From contig CDMY01000268.1 of NCBI GenBank assembly GCA_001179505.1, positions 77,841-141,840 on the forward strand: a stretch of 64,000 nt of DNA, written 5' to 3'. Position 1 is the first letter of the stretch; the number at the start of each line of letters is the position of its first letter. The position numbers and the translations under genes are program-made. The DNA comes from Vitrella brassicaformis CCMP3155. Taxonomy: Eukaryota > Protista > Chromerida. The notes beneath the pieces are model-generated. The model made no database searches. It was not told the origin of the DNA and saw only the letters and a list, made by a program, of their open reading frames with translations. Below, in pieces: positions 1-14,835 of this stretch.

Positions 1-2926
1 TCGCTTCTGCCGTGCCGACCGAAGTGCAGTCACCTGCAGTGTCTTCTCAGGTGCGTCTGTGGCTGCGTCAGTGTCTTCTTCGCGATTTGTCTGTGCGTGC
101 GTACTCTCTCTTTCTCTCTCTGTGTGTGTGTGTGTGTGTCTATGGGTGTGTGGCAGAGCACGACATCGATGACGATCTCGTGGTCGCCGCCAGTGTTCCC
201 CGGGGCCTTCTCCGCGCCCGTCACGGGATACCTGGTGTACGTCGACGACGGCGCAGGTATGCAAATACACAAGCCTGATCTGAGTGCATTGTCCAATGTG
301 GTAGTGTTCTGTTGTCTGTAGGTGGTGCGATCGACACGCTTGTTTACGACGGCACCAATGTCCCAAGCGTCACACAGGCCACTTATGCCGACACGTCCAT
401 CGTCGCCGGGAACCCTTATCGCTTCTCTGTCAAGGCCATCAACGCCGTAAGAAAGGCCATTTTGCTTTCTTTTCTGGAGTGTGTGTGTGTGTCTCGTCCG
501 TCCACTCTCCCTCTCCCTCTCTGTGTGTGTTTAGGTGGGTGAAGGTCCGTTGCTGACGACCCCGCTCACCGTTTATGCGGCTTCTGTGCCGGGGCCGCCG
601 TCCACACCCACTGCCGTGAGCCAGACAGCACCCCAGACACATACGCTCTGAAACAGAGAGAGAGAGAGAGAGACAAAAGGCGTTTGTGCGTGTGTGTGTG
701 TGTCTTTAGGTGGCTGCGGGGACCGGCCTGACACAAGTAAGCACGCAAAGCCATGCGGCACACACACGTCTGTCTGTCTGTCTGTCTGTGTAGATAACGG
801 TGCAATGGTCGGCTGTAACTGGTGCTGACACGGGGGGGTCCCCGATTCTCAACTACGAGCTGGCCAGAGACGACAGCCCGTTCGGCTCCTGGGATGATTC
901 GCTTGCCCCGGTGACCTCCCCATACACAGATCTCGAACCAGGTCAGGCGTGTGTGTATATGGTGGCGTGCAAGCCTCTCTCTCTCTCTCTCTGTGTGTGG
1001 GTGGGTGGGTGGGTGTTTCTTTGTGCAGGGGCGGGGTGGACAGACAACGACGCGCATCTATATCGTGTCCGCGCAGTCAACATCGTGGGCAACGGTACCC
1101 CCCCCCCCCCCCCCCCANNNNNNNNNNNNNNNNNNNNNNNNNNNNNNNNNNNNNNNNNNNNNNNNNNNNNNNNNNNNNNNNNNNNNNNNNNNNNNNNNNN
1201 NNNNNNNNNNNNNNNNNNNNNNNNNNNNNNNNNNNNNNNNNNNNNNNNNNNNNNNNNNNNNNNNNNNNNNNNNNNNNNNNNNNNNNNNNNNNNNNNNNNN
1301 NNNNNNNNNNNNNNNNNNNNNNNNNNNNNNNNNNNNNNNNNNNNNNNNNNNNNNNNNNNNNNNNNNNNNNNNNNNNNNNNNNNNNNNNNNNNNNNNNNNN
1401 NNNNNNNNNNNNNNNNNGTTCCCCCCCCCCCCCCCACCCACACACACACACACAGAGAGACGCCAGACGCCATCTTCACACACATCGCGCACACACACGG
1501 ACCACCTGGTTGGATGGATCGATGGATGGATGGAAACAGGGGCGTGGTCGACCGAAGCAACGCTGTACAACGCTGTGGTGCCGACGGCCCCCACCCTCTC
1601 ATATGTGTCTTCGACGGACGGCTCGATGTCGCTCTCGTGGACGGCTGGCACCTCCGCCCTGCCAATTCTCGGCTACCAGGTACTTGTCTGAGCGTGGGGG
1701 TGTGTGGCTGTGGGGAGGTGGGTGGACTGGATGTGTGTGTGTGTAGTTGTTTGCGGACTCTGTGCTGGTCTATGACGGCTCTGTTGCCCCCTCTGTGCTG
1801 TCCTACACACACACGGGGCTCACTGCCGGGCACACACACACTTATGAGGTATGTCCGTCTGTATGTCTGTCTGTCTGTCTGCACACACACACGGACGAAC
1901 AGCGAAATGTGTGTGTGTGTGTGTGTGTTTAGGTGACCGCTATCAGCGCGGCTGGGTCATCGAGCATGTCTGCAGCAGTCAATCTGGTAACTGCACCCCC
2001 CATAACACACACACCACACACATGTGCCATGTGTGTGTGTGTGTGTGTGTATGCAATCGCAGGTGGTCGGCCGGCAGCCGTACGGCCCCTCAGCCCCCGT
2101 GCTGACCTCTGCGTCAACCGCGGCAATCTCTTTCACATGGATGGGCCCATCAACAGGCACCGACACACACATACACAGAGAGAGAGAGAGAGAGAGGCGC
2201 GGATATCATCCCCCCCAAACAACGATTCTTCAACATTTTCCGTTCTCTGTCTCTCTCTTCCTCTTAGTCACCGGCGTGCCCATCACCGCCTACACAGCCG
2301 AGCGCGCAACGGACCCCACAAGCACCTACGCCGACGTCGCGGCCTGCACGAGCCTGGCGCCGAGTGTGCTGAGCTGCACGGACAACACTGTGTCTCCGGG
2401 AGTGGTCTATCAGTATAGGGTCTATGGGGTCAACGGGGTGGGCGACGGAAGCGTCAAAGGCGACAGATCCGGTGGGTGAATGTGTGTGAGCGTGGAGGAG
2501 TAATCTGGCCATCTCTCTCTCTCTCTCTCTCTCTGTGCGTGTGGATGGTTGGGTGGGTGTCTCAATGCAGCGTATACCATCATCCCAGCCAGCAACCCCC
2601 TGGCCGCCCCCGCCTCGCTAGCGAGAGACTCTCCTCCCTCGTCGAGCACGGCGATCACAGCCACGTGGAGCAGTGTCACTGGGGCAACTGGTACGTGTTT
2701 GCAATAATGCTCTGAGGGTGTCTGTGGATGTAGTGTCTCTCTCTCTGTCTGTGTGGGGGGGTGGTGCAGGGTACCGCCTCTACGCCGACACGGGGCTCAA
2801 CGACGCTCTCACTCTCGTATATGACGGCACGAGCAAGCCCAGCGTGTTGACCTACACTCACAGCGGGCTGATTACGGGAAGGACCTACCGATTTGCCGTG
2901 TCCACACTGGACAATGCCGGTCACAC

Positions 2927-2957
<31 letters not shown>

Positions 2958-3387
2958 GGAGAGAGAGGTTTTCCTTTTCTCCATCCCTGTGTGTGCAGGT
3001 GAGGGCGCACAATCGGGGATCCAATCCTTCCTGGCCGCTTCACTGCCATCGGCCCCCACCGCTGTGACGCTCGTCTCGTCGTCTGCGACCAACATCCAGC
3101 TCTCATGGAGCCCGCCTACAAGCACCGGTACATCTGTGTAGACTCAGAGACACAGAGGGACTGCGCACACACACACACACAGAGGGAGAGACTCACTCTA
3201 TGTGTGTGTGTGCAGGGGGTGCCTCGTCCATAGACTACACGGTCTATTGGGACTCTGGCGGCGGGCCAACCGATACTTTGAGCAACTCTGCCAGTGTCGG
3301 GACGGCCACCACCTATGACATCACTGGTGGCCTGTCGGCTGGGGACTTCTATCAGACACAAGTATAGCAAAGACACACACATGGACA

Positions 3388-3423
<36 letters not shown>

Positions 3424-3725
3424 AAAAGCGAAATGGGCCTCTCTGTCTCTGTCTCTGTCTCTCTCCCCCTGTGGGTATTTTTTAGATAGAAGCGTCCGTC
3501 ACCGGGCTGGGCACATCCCCCCGCACGCCCATCTCCACGTTCGTTGCCGCGAGTTTGCCCACCGGCGCGTCGCTGACGGCATCGACCTCCCCGACAGAGC
3601 GCACCAAGACCAGCATCGGGCTCACGTGGTCGACCCCTTCTACTGGGGGGTCGCCTATAACCGGGTAATGCCCGAGTCTCTGTGTCTGTTGGACGTTCCA
3701 ATCCCCCAGCACACACAAACCAGCC

Positions 3726-3760
<35 letters not shown>

Positions 3761-6700
3761 TGTACGTGTGTGTGTGCAGGTTTGTGTTGCATAGAAATGA
3801 TGGTCAGGGTGGGGCGGGGTTCGTTGAGGTGGCGACGGTGAGTCCGAGTGCGACGGCGTATACCGTTACGGGCCTCACCAACGGGTATCGGTACATTTTC
3901 AAAGTAAGACAACAGAGAGAGAGAAAAGAGGCTCACACACCCGCCCCCTTCCTCCCCATGTATGTGTGTCAGCTAACGACCGTCACCGCAGCAGGCTCAA
4001 CCGACGGCGCAGCCACGGCGGAGATCCTCTGCGCCGGCCCACCTGCACAGCCCTCCCCGCCCACTCTCGTGTCGTCGGACAACGCGCCGACTGCGGCCAT
4101 TACTGTCGCCTGGGTCTGGCCCGCTGACGACGGCGGATCGCCGATCACCGGGATGCAGGTGTGGCTCTTGTTTTGGTTTGTTCTTTCTCCCCTTATGGAA
4201 TGGTTGGCTGGTTGGTTGGCCTTCTTGTGTGTGTGGATGTAGGTGCAATACGACAGTGCGGGGACCTGGACGGACATTGGAGCTGCTGTGACCTTCCCCA
4301 CAGCCACCCTCACACACGACGATGGCGGCTCAGGTGCCCAGAACCCTTTAGCCTTTACACACACAAACACAGACCTCTGTCTGCACACACACACACACAC
4401 ATACACAGGTCTGACAGCCGGCACCCTCTACACCTACCGCATCATAGCCAAGAACGCCGTCCCACTCGACAGCGACCCCTCGACGTCTGCCACCTTCATC
4501 GCCGCCAACGTGCCGGACACACCGACCATCACTTTGGCCTCTGGGGGGCAGAGCAAGACGGCATTGCAGCTCGAGTGGGCCGCGCCTGCTGGGAATGGGG
4601 ACGCGCCGTTTCGGTACGCAGAGAGAGGGAGAGAAAGAGGGAGATAGAAAGAGACAATTTCTTTCCTCTCCCCCTCCCTCTGTTGTGTGTGTGTGTGTGC
4701 GTGCAGGTACACTCTCACTCAGGATGACGGCAACGGCGGCGATTTCGCCACCGTCTACACGGGCCCCGCGCTCTCCTACACAGCCTCCCCCCTGACAGCC
4801 GGACTCACATACAGGTTCCAGCTCGTCGCCACAAACAGAGCGGGCGACAGCGCGGCATCAAGCGTGTTTGCGCGGACGGCCGCGAGCCTCCCTGGCGCAC
4901 CCACTGGGCTCGCCCGTACGGCATCGACCTGTGGTGGCACTATGGTTATCGGGCAACCGGTGTGTGAAGCCATATGTGTGTATGCGGGCATATCTCACTG
5001 CCTCCCTCCCTCCCTGTGTGTGTGTGTGTGTTTTTTTTAGGCGACGCTCGATTTGGCCTGGAATGCGCCGGCGGACAACGGTGGGTGTGGTCTGGTGGAC
5101 TATGAGGTTTATCAGGACGGGGTCGCGATTGGGACCACTGGCAGCGGGGCCACAAGCACTTATAGGTACCTCCTTTTTGCCCCCCCTCCCTCACACACAG
5201 AGAGACAGAAAGCGTACCCACCCACAAGTCTCTGTCTCTCTCTCAGCGTCACAACGGGCATTCTCTGCGGCACGGCCTATTCCTTCACAGTCAAAGCAGA
5301 GAACACCTGCCGGACAGGGGAGTTTGGCGCAGCATCGGCCCAGCTGCTCATCACCGGGGGCACACTGCCCATCGCTCCCACAGGCCTTGCCGGGGTGGCG
5401 GGGTCGCTGACGAGCGTGGCGTTTTCGTGGAACGCCGTTCCTGGTATGTGGGCATGTGTGTGTGTGTGGGTGGTGTCTCTATGTTTCTCTTCCTCTCTGT
5501 GCCTGTGTGTGTGTGTGACGATGCAGTGGGACTTAGTACGGGCGGCTCGGCGATCCTCGGCTATCGGCTGTACCTCAACGACGGCCAAGGCGGCTCCCTC
5601 TCCCTGGTCTTCGACGGCACATACCAGCCCACAGTCGTCAGCAAAACCGTCACAAACATGGTCACAGGCTACACCTATAAGGCGGCCGTGAGTGCGGTCA
5701 ACGGCGTCGGGGAGGGCCCCCAGAGCACCGCTATCGACGTGGTGATGGCATGGAAGCCGAGTGCGCCGACGGGGGTGCAGGTGGCGAGCACTGGCGCGAC
5801 CACCGTGGACGTGAGCTGGACTGCTTCCACAAGTGACGGCGGATCGCCGTTGGCTTCTTACACGGTAAGTTTTTTTTGTCGACTCTTCTTGAGATTGTTC
5901 CGTGTTCTTGCCTCTTTCAGTTTTCCGGTCTTCTGTGTTTGTGATTTCTTAGGTGCATTACGCCCCTGATCCCTATACAGGCTGGTCGACGTCCAGCACC
6001 ACCGGCCTTGAAACCACCCGCTCCATCAGCTTACTCACGGCCGGCACCTCCTACCAATTCAAGCTCACCGCCACGAACGACGCAGCAGTCAGCAGCGACT
6101 TTTCCACGGTCGTGCAGGCCATCGCCGGCTCAGTGCCGCCCGCCCCGGACACCCTGACACGGGTGTCGACGTCAGAGACCACCATGACCGTGCAGTGGAC
6201 CTACACGAGTCCCTCGGATGCGCCGATAACGGGCTACCGGCTCTATGTCGACAGAGACGGCAGCGGGGACTTTGTTTTGGCGTATGACGGGTCGAGCAGC
6301 CCTTCGATGTTCCAGACGACCGTGACGAACCTGGTGTGTGGGACGGCGTACGACATGAGGGTGGTGGGGGTGAGTTCTATCGGTGAGGGGGCGGTGTTCG
6401 CCGCGACGCTCACTCTGGCGACCCTGCCGGGGCCGCCGCAGAATTTGCAGGTGACTTTGTCGAACACTGGGCAGATCGATTTGAGCTGGGATCCGCCCAT
6501 TGACACTGGCTGTGCGGCGATCAGGTGCGCAAACCCTCCACACACACACACACACACAGAGGGAGAGAGAGAGGGAAGGACATTTCATACGCCGTCCAAA
6601 AGCCATGAGAATTGCCCCAAAGATGCTCCTGATTCGTCATTTTGTCTTTGTCTTTGTGTGTGTGTGTCTCTCTCTCTGTCTCTCTGTGCAGTCAGTACCG

Positions 6701-6921
6701 AATCTACAGAGACACCGGCAGCGGCTTCTCCACTTTGGCCACACAGGCGGGGGCCACCTACTCCGACGCCGCCACCGTTGCTGGCAGCGGCACGCTGCAC
6801 CTCTACCGTGTGGCGGCGAGGAACGCCGCTTTCACCACAGAGTTTGGCGCACAGACGGCGAGTCTCACCGCCTTTGACGGTACATTGCCAGGGAGAGAGG
6901 TTTCCCGATAACACACGGATG

Positions 6922-6955
<34 letters not shown>

Positions 6956-8484
6956 TCTGTGCGTGTGTGTGGATGGATGTCGCAGCCACCGTCCCCGACC
7001 AAGTGACCGGCCTCTCCATCACCGCCACCTCCCGCACCACAGCCACCCTCTCATGGTCAGCCCCAGCCGACGGCGGTGCCCCAATCACACAGTACTCCAT
7101 CCAACACGACCAGGGCCTCCTCGGCGACTTCACAAGCACCACGCTCGCATCCACCGCTCTCATCGCCACCATCCTGGGGCTCTCAACGGGGCTTTCTCAT
7201 CGCTTTCGTGTAGCGGCTGTGAATGCGGTTGGGACGGGGGCGTATTCTGCTGAGGCTGTGGGTGTGGTTGCAAGTGTACCGGGGGCGCCGGATGCGCCGA
7301 CGTTGGCGAGCATTGCTGTCGACGATGACGTGCGCGTGACGTGGGCGGCGCCCAGCGACGATGGGGGGAGCGTTATTACGGGCTATAAGGCAAGCTGAGA
7401 CCATAGCACATCCCNNNNNNNNNNNNNNNNNNNNNNNNNNNNNNNNNNNNNNNNNNNNNNNNNNNNNNNNNNNNNNNNNNNNNNNNNNNNNNNNNNNNNN
7501 NNNNNNNNNNNNNNNNNNNNNNNNNNNNNNNNNNNNNNNNNNNNNNNNNNNNNNNNNNNNNNNNNNNNNNNNNNNNNNNNNNNNNNNNNNNNNNNNNNNN
7601 NNNNNNNNNNNNNNNNNNNNNNNNNNNNNNNNNNNNNNNNNNNNNNNNNNNNNNNNNNNNNNNNNNNNNNNNNNNNNNNNNNNNNNNNNNNNNNNNNNNN
7701 NNNNNNNNNNNNNNCCCCACACACACACACACAGAAACAGAGAGAGAGAGAGAGAGGCCTTTTCCCACACCCCGAGACACAGAGAAATCTCTCCCTCTTC
7801 GTCCTCTTTTCACGGTCGCAATCAGATGTATGAGAATACCGTTCTGGACTATGACGGCACCGGCGCCCCCGCCACTCTCACCCAGGACCTCAAATGCCCC
7901 TCTGCGGGCGCGACAGTCAGCTACACGGTGTCGGCCATGAATGCGGCCGGGGAGGGGCCGCAGTCGGCCGCGAGCACACGGACGTGTGCACTGGAGCCTG
8001 GCGCGCCGATCAATTTCGCTCTGAAGGTCAATGCTGCCCCTGGTGAGAGAGAGAGAGACAGAGAGAGAGACGCGCACAGTAACAAACGCGTGAATCTCTC
8101 TCTCTCTCTCTCTGCAGGGACTCTTGAGCCCACCGACCTCCGCACACCCACCTCCCTCTTTCTCGAGTGGGACCCCCCCGCTGCCGCCCCCACCGACCCC
8201 ATAACAGAATACGTCCTCTACAGGGACAACGGGCTGGCATCCGGCACTTACGCGGAGACATACAGGGGGAGTGTCGCCGAGTACGAGGATGTGGGGCTGG
8301 TGATGGGGCGGACGTATCGGTATAGAGTGAGTGCGGTGAACACTGTGGGGGAGGGGGCGGCGACTGCTGTGACGGCCTTCCAGGTATAATGTGTGTGTGT
8401 CTCGGGTGTTGGGTGTGTGTGAAAAGGGGTTGGGTATGAGGAGGACGCTTGTGTATTGCGAGCAAGTCTCTCTCTCTCTCCCTT

Positions 8485-8520
<36 letters not shown>

Positions 8521-8845
8521 TGTGTGCAGGTTTTGTGTGTCCCCCGTTCTCCCCCCTACGCCCCCACCGCCACCAGCCGGGCGCCCACGGCCATCACTCT
8601 CACTTGGAGCGCACCCACAGTCGACGTCGGCCTGCCTGTCACCGACTACCGTGTTTACCGAGACGGTCCGTTTGCACACACAAAGTCTTTTTTCTTTTGC
8701 AAGCTAGCTCCACGTGTGTGTGTGTGTGTGCCGCGGAAATAGGCACTTTCCTGGCCGCCGTTGGGTCGAGTGCGACGACCTATACGGACAGCACGACAGC
8801 TGGCGGCACCTCCTATGTCTACCGCGTAACGACACACATAACACA

Positions 8846-8877
<32 letters not shown>

Positions 8878-9137
8878 TGTATGTGCGTGTGCGGGGGTGG
8901 CTGTGTGCAGGTGATAGCGGAGAACAGCGAAGGTCTCGGGTTTACGTCGGCAGAGAGCGCCTCGATCATCGCGGCCGCAGTGCCGAGCGCCACGACTTTC
9001 AGCGGGGCGACCGCCACGGCCACGACTGTCTCGCTCACATGGTCAGATACCCATGCACACCCAGACCCTCCCTCTGTGTCTGAGAGACACCCACCCTCCC
9101 TCCCTCTCCCCCCCCCACACACACATTTGGTTTGCCA

Positions 9138-9173
<36 letters not shown>

Positions 9174-12100
9174 TGTGGGCGTGTTAACGAGTGTTCAGGA
9201 ATGCGGCTACGGCGAATGGTTCGCCGGTCACCGCGTATCGTCTGTATATCAACGACGGCCGCGGGGGGGACCCTTTGACGCGCATTTACTCAGGTAGCCC
9301 TCCCTCACCGCAAAAACAGCAAAAGCATTCCTTTCCCCAGCTCTCTCTGTCTCGCTGTGTGTGTGGGCCATACATAGGTCTGGCCACCACCTACACAGCG
9401 ACCGGGCTCGTGTCGTCCCGGACTTATGGATTCGCTGTGAGCGCCGTCAATGGTGTGGGGGAGGGGGCCAAGTCGGCCGTGCAGAACGCGCAGCTCTGCA
9501 ACACTCCCTCCGTAAGACAACACACACACACACACACACACACACAGGGAGAGACACCAGAGAGAGAGAGAGAAACAGACATACAGACAAAACTTCTCGC
9601 GAGAAACATCGGAAAAAGCGGTTCTTTCTGCATATGTGTGTGCGTGTGTGTGTGCAGGTGCCCCGCAACCTTCGTGTGGCCTACAGGGATGACGACGAGA
9701 TCTGGGTGCAGTGGGACGCACCCACAGACACGGGCGGCTGCGGCATCGACTCATACACCGTCAACGTCGACACTGTCGGTGGGTGCGCTGCCAAAAGATG
9801 CGAGACAAGAAGGCGCGAGAAGCCGTCTGTGTGTGTGTGTAGATGTGAGCACACAAACGGACCTTCTGTATAAGGATACGGGAAAGGCAACAGACACGGA
9901 GTTCGACTACAACGTGCGGGCGAACGGGCCCTCCCTCTCTTCTGCTGCCACATGTATGTCTATGTCTGCATAAACCTCTCTCTCCCTCTGTGTGTATGGG
10001 GGTCTGTCTGTCTGTTTGTTTGTGTGCATCTCAGCCGATCTGACTGTGCGTTCCGCAACAGCACCCCAAGCAGTGACGGGCGTCTCTGTGACGTCGGCAA
10101 CCAGCACGGCTATAACGCTCTCGTGGACAGACATCACTGCAAGCCCAGGCAACCCCACCCCCCACCCCCTCAGCACACACACACACACACACACCAAACC
10201 CTCCATGTGTGTGTACAGCCAATGGCGGCTCGGCCGTGACGTCCTACCGGATTGTGATCAACGACGGTCTGGGCGGCAGCACCTTCGCACAGGCGGTCTC
10301 GCCGGACGACGCGGGGACGCCCGCGACCACCACTGTCACGCTTGTGCCTGGTGGGTGAGTTCGTTGTGTGTGTCTCTCTCTCTCTCTCTCTATGTGTGTG
10401 TGTGTGTGTGTGGGTGTCTTTAGGGCGGTATTATCTGCTGAAAGTCGCGGCGCAGAACCTGGTCACCACGGGCAACGCTCTCAACGACCAAACCCTTCAG
10501 GTACACACACACACATATACACACATACACAGCCATCTCTCTCTCTTTGTATGTGTGAGTGTGTCTGTGCAGTTCAGCAGTGAAGTGGCCACCTACGCCG
10601 CAGAGACGCCCTTGCCGCCCGCAGACGCCTCTCTCTCCGCCACGCGCACACAACCTGGGAAGATTCTGTTTGAGTGGGGCGTCTCGACTGACACGCGCGG
10701 CTCGCCGATAACACGATATGAGCTCTACGAGAACTCCCCAAGTGCGCACCCAGACAGACCAACAGACAGAGAGAGAGAGAGAGAGACATGGGTGTGTGTT
10801 TGTGTGGGTGCAGGTACCGCCGTGATGGCCATCACCGATGCGGCCACGAGGTCGCACCTTCTCGAGGGATGCACCCCCACAACCGTTTACGACATCAAGG
10901 TCAGACATTTTCTTTACTTTTCACTCACTCAGCATGTGTGTTGGTGTGTGTGTTGGAGCACTGCAGGTGCGCGCAGAGAACGCCGTTGGATGGGGCGCCT
11001 ACACGAGTGACACCACATTCACTTGTGCAATCGCCCCTGACGCTCCTGCAGGTCGTTCTCCCCTAACCCCCCTCACACAGAGAGAGGAGAGAGAGTCCTC
11101 AGTCGTGTGTCGTGTGTGTTGATGCAGCACCGACACGCGACGCGTCGACGAGCACGAGCATCACTGTCGACTGGGTGGCCCCTGCAACCAACGGCTGTGC
11201 CATCACCACATACACCCTTTACAGGGCGACCGAATTCGGTGCGCACACACACACAGCGAGAGGCGCCCTTTGGACACACACAAACACACGCACTTTCTCT
11301 CTCTCTGGGTGTGTGTGTGTGGGCGGGGGGGGGTGCAGGGACTTTTGCGAGTGTCTCCACGGCCAACGTGCTGACCTTCGCCGACACAGGGCTCACCACT
11401 GGGGTCTACTATCGGTACCCTTTGCAGTCCGACTAAGGAAGAACCACCACACACAGTGGCTTCTCCTCATCTCCTTCTCTCCCTCTCTGTCTCTGTGGGT
11501 CTCTTTTTGTCTGTGTGTAGGTATAAGGTCACAGCCACCAACTGTGTCGGCGAGTCGGCCGATTCCCCAACGGTGCTTATCCCAGCAGCCGGCATCCCTT
11601 CTGCGGCAACAGCCCTGGCCATGACCACACTGACACGGTCGACGGCTACTGCACAGTGGACCGCTCCAGGTGTGTATGTGTGTTGACACACGCAAGGCGC
11701 CCACACACTCTCCATGTGTATCCCTTCGTTGTGTGTCTTACTGTTTGGGTGCAGCTGACACAGGCGGCTCGCCAATTGTGCTCTACAAGTACTGACATCC
11801 GCAAACACACACGCAGAGAGAGAGAGAGAGCCGTGTCTCTCTACGTGTGTGTGTGTTTGTGTGTATAGGTTGTGGTCGGACAATGGCGGCGGCGGAGGGT
11901 CGCCCTTCAGCACGCTCGTGTGGAGCGGAAGCACCGCCTACACGACCACATTGACCTTTACCACTGGTGGGTGCGGCGTGCGGCGGGGCTACCACGGGGA
12001 AAATGCTCCCTCTTCTGTGTGTCTGTGTCTGTGTCTGTGTGTTTGAAGGCACCGCCTACCAGCTCGAAGTCGAGACCCACAACGTCGTCAACCAGCTCTA

Positions 12101-13394
12101 CTCCGTCGGCGGGGCGCGCAGCGCCATCCTCTCGTGGAGCGCCGCGGTGCCGCCTGACGCACCGACTGCACTCGCGGTCAAGACGGCCGACCGCGGGACG
12201 GCGAGCATCACAATGTACTGGGAGGACCCTGCTGACCTCGGCGGCATGGGGGCGATCACCAACTTCGATCTGCAGGCACGCACACACAGACATAAGCCAC
12301 TCCGCTAGACAAATCGCACAAAGGAGCGCGTTTCTGCGAATGGAATCCATCAGATGGATGACGGGCTGGGCGGGTCCTTTTCGTCTGTCTACACGGGTGC
12401 GGGGGTGGTCGACGGCTCAGGCTACTCCCATCAAGAAACGGGACTCACTCTCGGCCTCAGCTACCGATTCCACATACGGTGCGTCAGTGGCAAGAAAAAG
12501 ACTTTTCTCTCAATGTCTCTCCCCCTTTCTTCTCTGTGTGTATGTGTGGGGGCGCAAAAGGGCTGAGACGGCAGCGGGTTACGGATCGTTCTCGTCGATT
12601 GTGTCAGGACAGGTGTGCAGCGCCCCCAGTGCGCCGCAGAGCCTGGCGGTGGTGTCGCAGTCGACCGCACTCATGACTGTCTCATGGTTGGTACACACAC
12701 GAAAGGGCATATGGGTGCGCGAGGGTTTGTTGTGTGTGTAGGTCTGCCCCGTCCGACAATGGCGGCTGCACAGTCACCGGCTACCTGGTTCTTGCGGGAA
12801 CCACCGACCCACCCACAGGTCAGTGTCTGTCTCTCCCTCTCTCCGGTCCGATGAACGTGTTGGCGTTGACGTGCTCTGTGCGTGTATCTGCAGTGCAAGT
12901 AGCCGACGTGGACAGCAGCACGCTGCAGCTGTCCTATGTGCCGGGCGCCGGTAATACGGACTATTTCTTTCTCGTGCGGGTGCGAATTCAAAACGTTCTT
13001 GCACATCGCGTCGCCGTGTAGAAACAACGGCCTTCTCCCACACACCCACATCTCTCTCTCTCTCTGTGCGTTTGTGTGTGTGTGTAGGCTAAGAACTGGC
13101 TGACAGAGACGGTTGCAGCCATCTCAGGCACCGACTCTGCGGTGCTGCAAGTGGTCTCTGCAAGCATCCCCGACGCCCCAGTCGCGCCAACACGGTGTGG
13201 AAAGAGAACGCACCTTTGTGTGTATGCTCTGTTTGGGCGTGTGTGTGGCGGGTCGGCAGGTCTGCGTCGACAGCCACAGAGATCACTCTGGCAGTGACAG
13301 ATCCCTCTACTGGGGGGTCGCCGCTGATCACCCCGGGGTTTATCGTGCTGAAGAATGACGGCCTGGGAGGTACATGCGGCCTAGGCATCCACAC

Positions 13395-13431
<37 letters not shown>

Positions 13432-14438
13432 TGTGCGTGCGAAGGCACCACCTACACGGACCACTTTTCTGGTACAAACACCCAAATATACAGAAGGACA
13501 GACAGACAGACAGACGGACGGACAAGTGGTGGAGAGAAGGAGACGTATGTGTGTGTGTGTATGTGTGTAGGGACCGAACAGGCCGGCCCGACGATCGCCG
13601 TCAGCGGGCTGACAACGGGGAGGCAATACTGCTTCAAGTATGCGGCCAAGAACCGTCTGTTTGCCGACCAAGTAAGCCACCCCATCCACACCGAGGGAGA
13701 AGGAGAGAGGACAACACACGCGTCTCTCTCTCTCTGTTTCTGCGGTGTATGTGTCTGCCGTTGTCTTAGTCGATAGCGGACTCAGCTGCCAACTACTCAC
13801 CAGCTGCCGTAGAAGAGCGCCAGCTGCCTCCTCCTCCGCTCACCCTCTCTGTGTGTGTCTCTGTGTGTTGTCAGTGCTTCTACGCGGCAGACGAGCCGGA
13901 TCCGCCAACATGGGCGACCCCACAGGTCCCATTGGACACACACACACACACTGAGAAATGGGTGTGCCTGGGGGATATGTGTGTGCGTGTGTGTGTGTGT
14001 GTGTGTGTAGGTTGTTGCCGGCAGCCAGACACAGACGGGCTTGACACTGGATTGGGAGGCCCCCGGATCTTCTGGTATGCCTTTCTCTCCCCGCACCCCC
14101 ATCTCTGCGTCTCTCTGTCTCTGTGAATGTGTGTGTAGGGGGTATGCCCATCGCCGGCTACCGCGTCTATGTCGACGGTGCGACGTGTGCGAGCGGATCG
14201 GCCCCCGACTACCTTCTCTACGACGGCTCCTCCAACCCCTCAGCCACACAAGTGGACACACCCAAACATACACACACAGCAGTGTTTTCCTTCCTTGTGG
14301 ATCTCTGTGTGTGCAGGCGGCCGTGTCGTCACTTCCTACCGACACGGAGTGCACCTTTGCCGTGACGGCCATCAACACGGCCACATACGAGAGCGCTCTC
14401 AGGTGCTCAGCCAGCCGCTCGCACACCCATATTGCCCA

Positions 14439-14475
<37 letters not shown>

Positions 14476-14802
14476 ATGTGTTTTTAACAGCGCCACTTAT
14501 CAGGTGCGCATCGCGGCTGCCCCAAGCACGCCCACCAACTTTGCCGTCGACACGTCAGCTGGCGGACACAACAACCAAGGTCACACAGACCCCCCACACA
14601 CACACAGCACAGAGAGAGAGAGAGAGAGACGTGTGTATGTATGTATTCAGTTGACCTCACTTGGACTGCAAGTGCCAGCACTGGGGGTGCGGCCCCGGTC
14701 GAGTACACAATCCGCTGGGACAACGGCAACTTCGGCGCACTCAGCAACAGCGTCACTGGTGCGCTCTGGAAACAAGACTCCTGTGCGCCCCCCATCTGTG
14801 TG

Positions 14803-14835
<33 letters not shown>

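Noticed and set aside
1095-1436. Long X-containing ORFs and poly-Pro/poly-Gly flanks around the gaps
   Set aside because: Artefacts of N-runs and poly-C tracts; the exons join in frame across both gaps.
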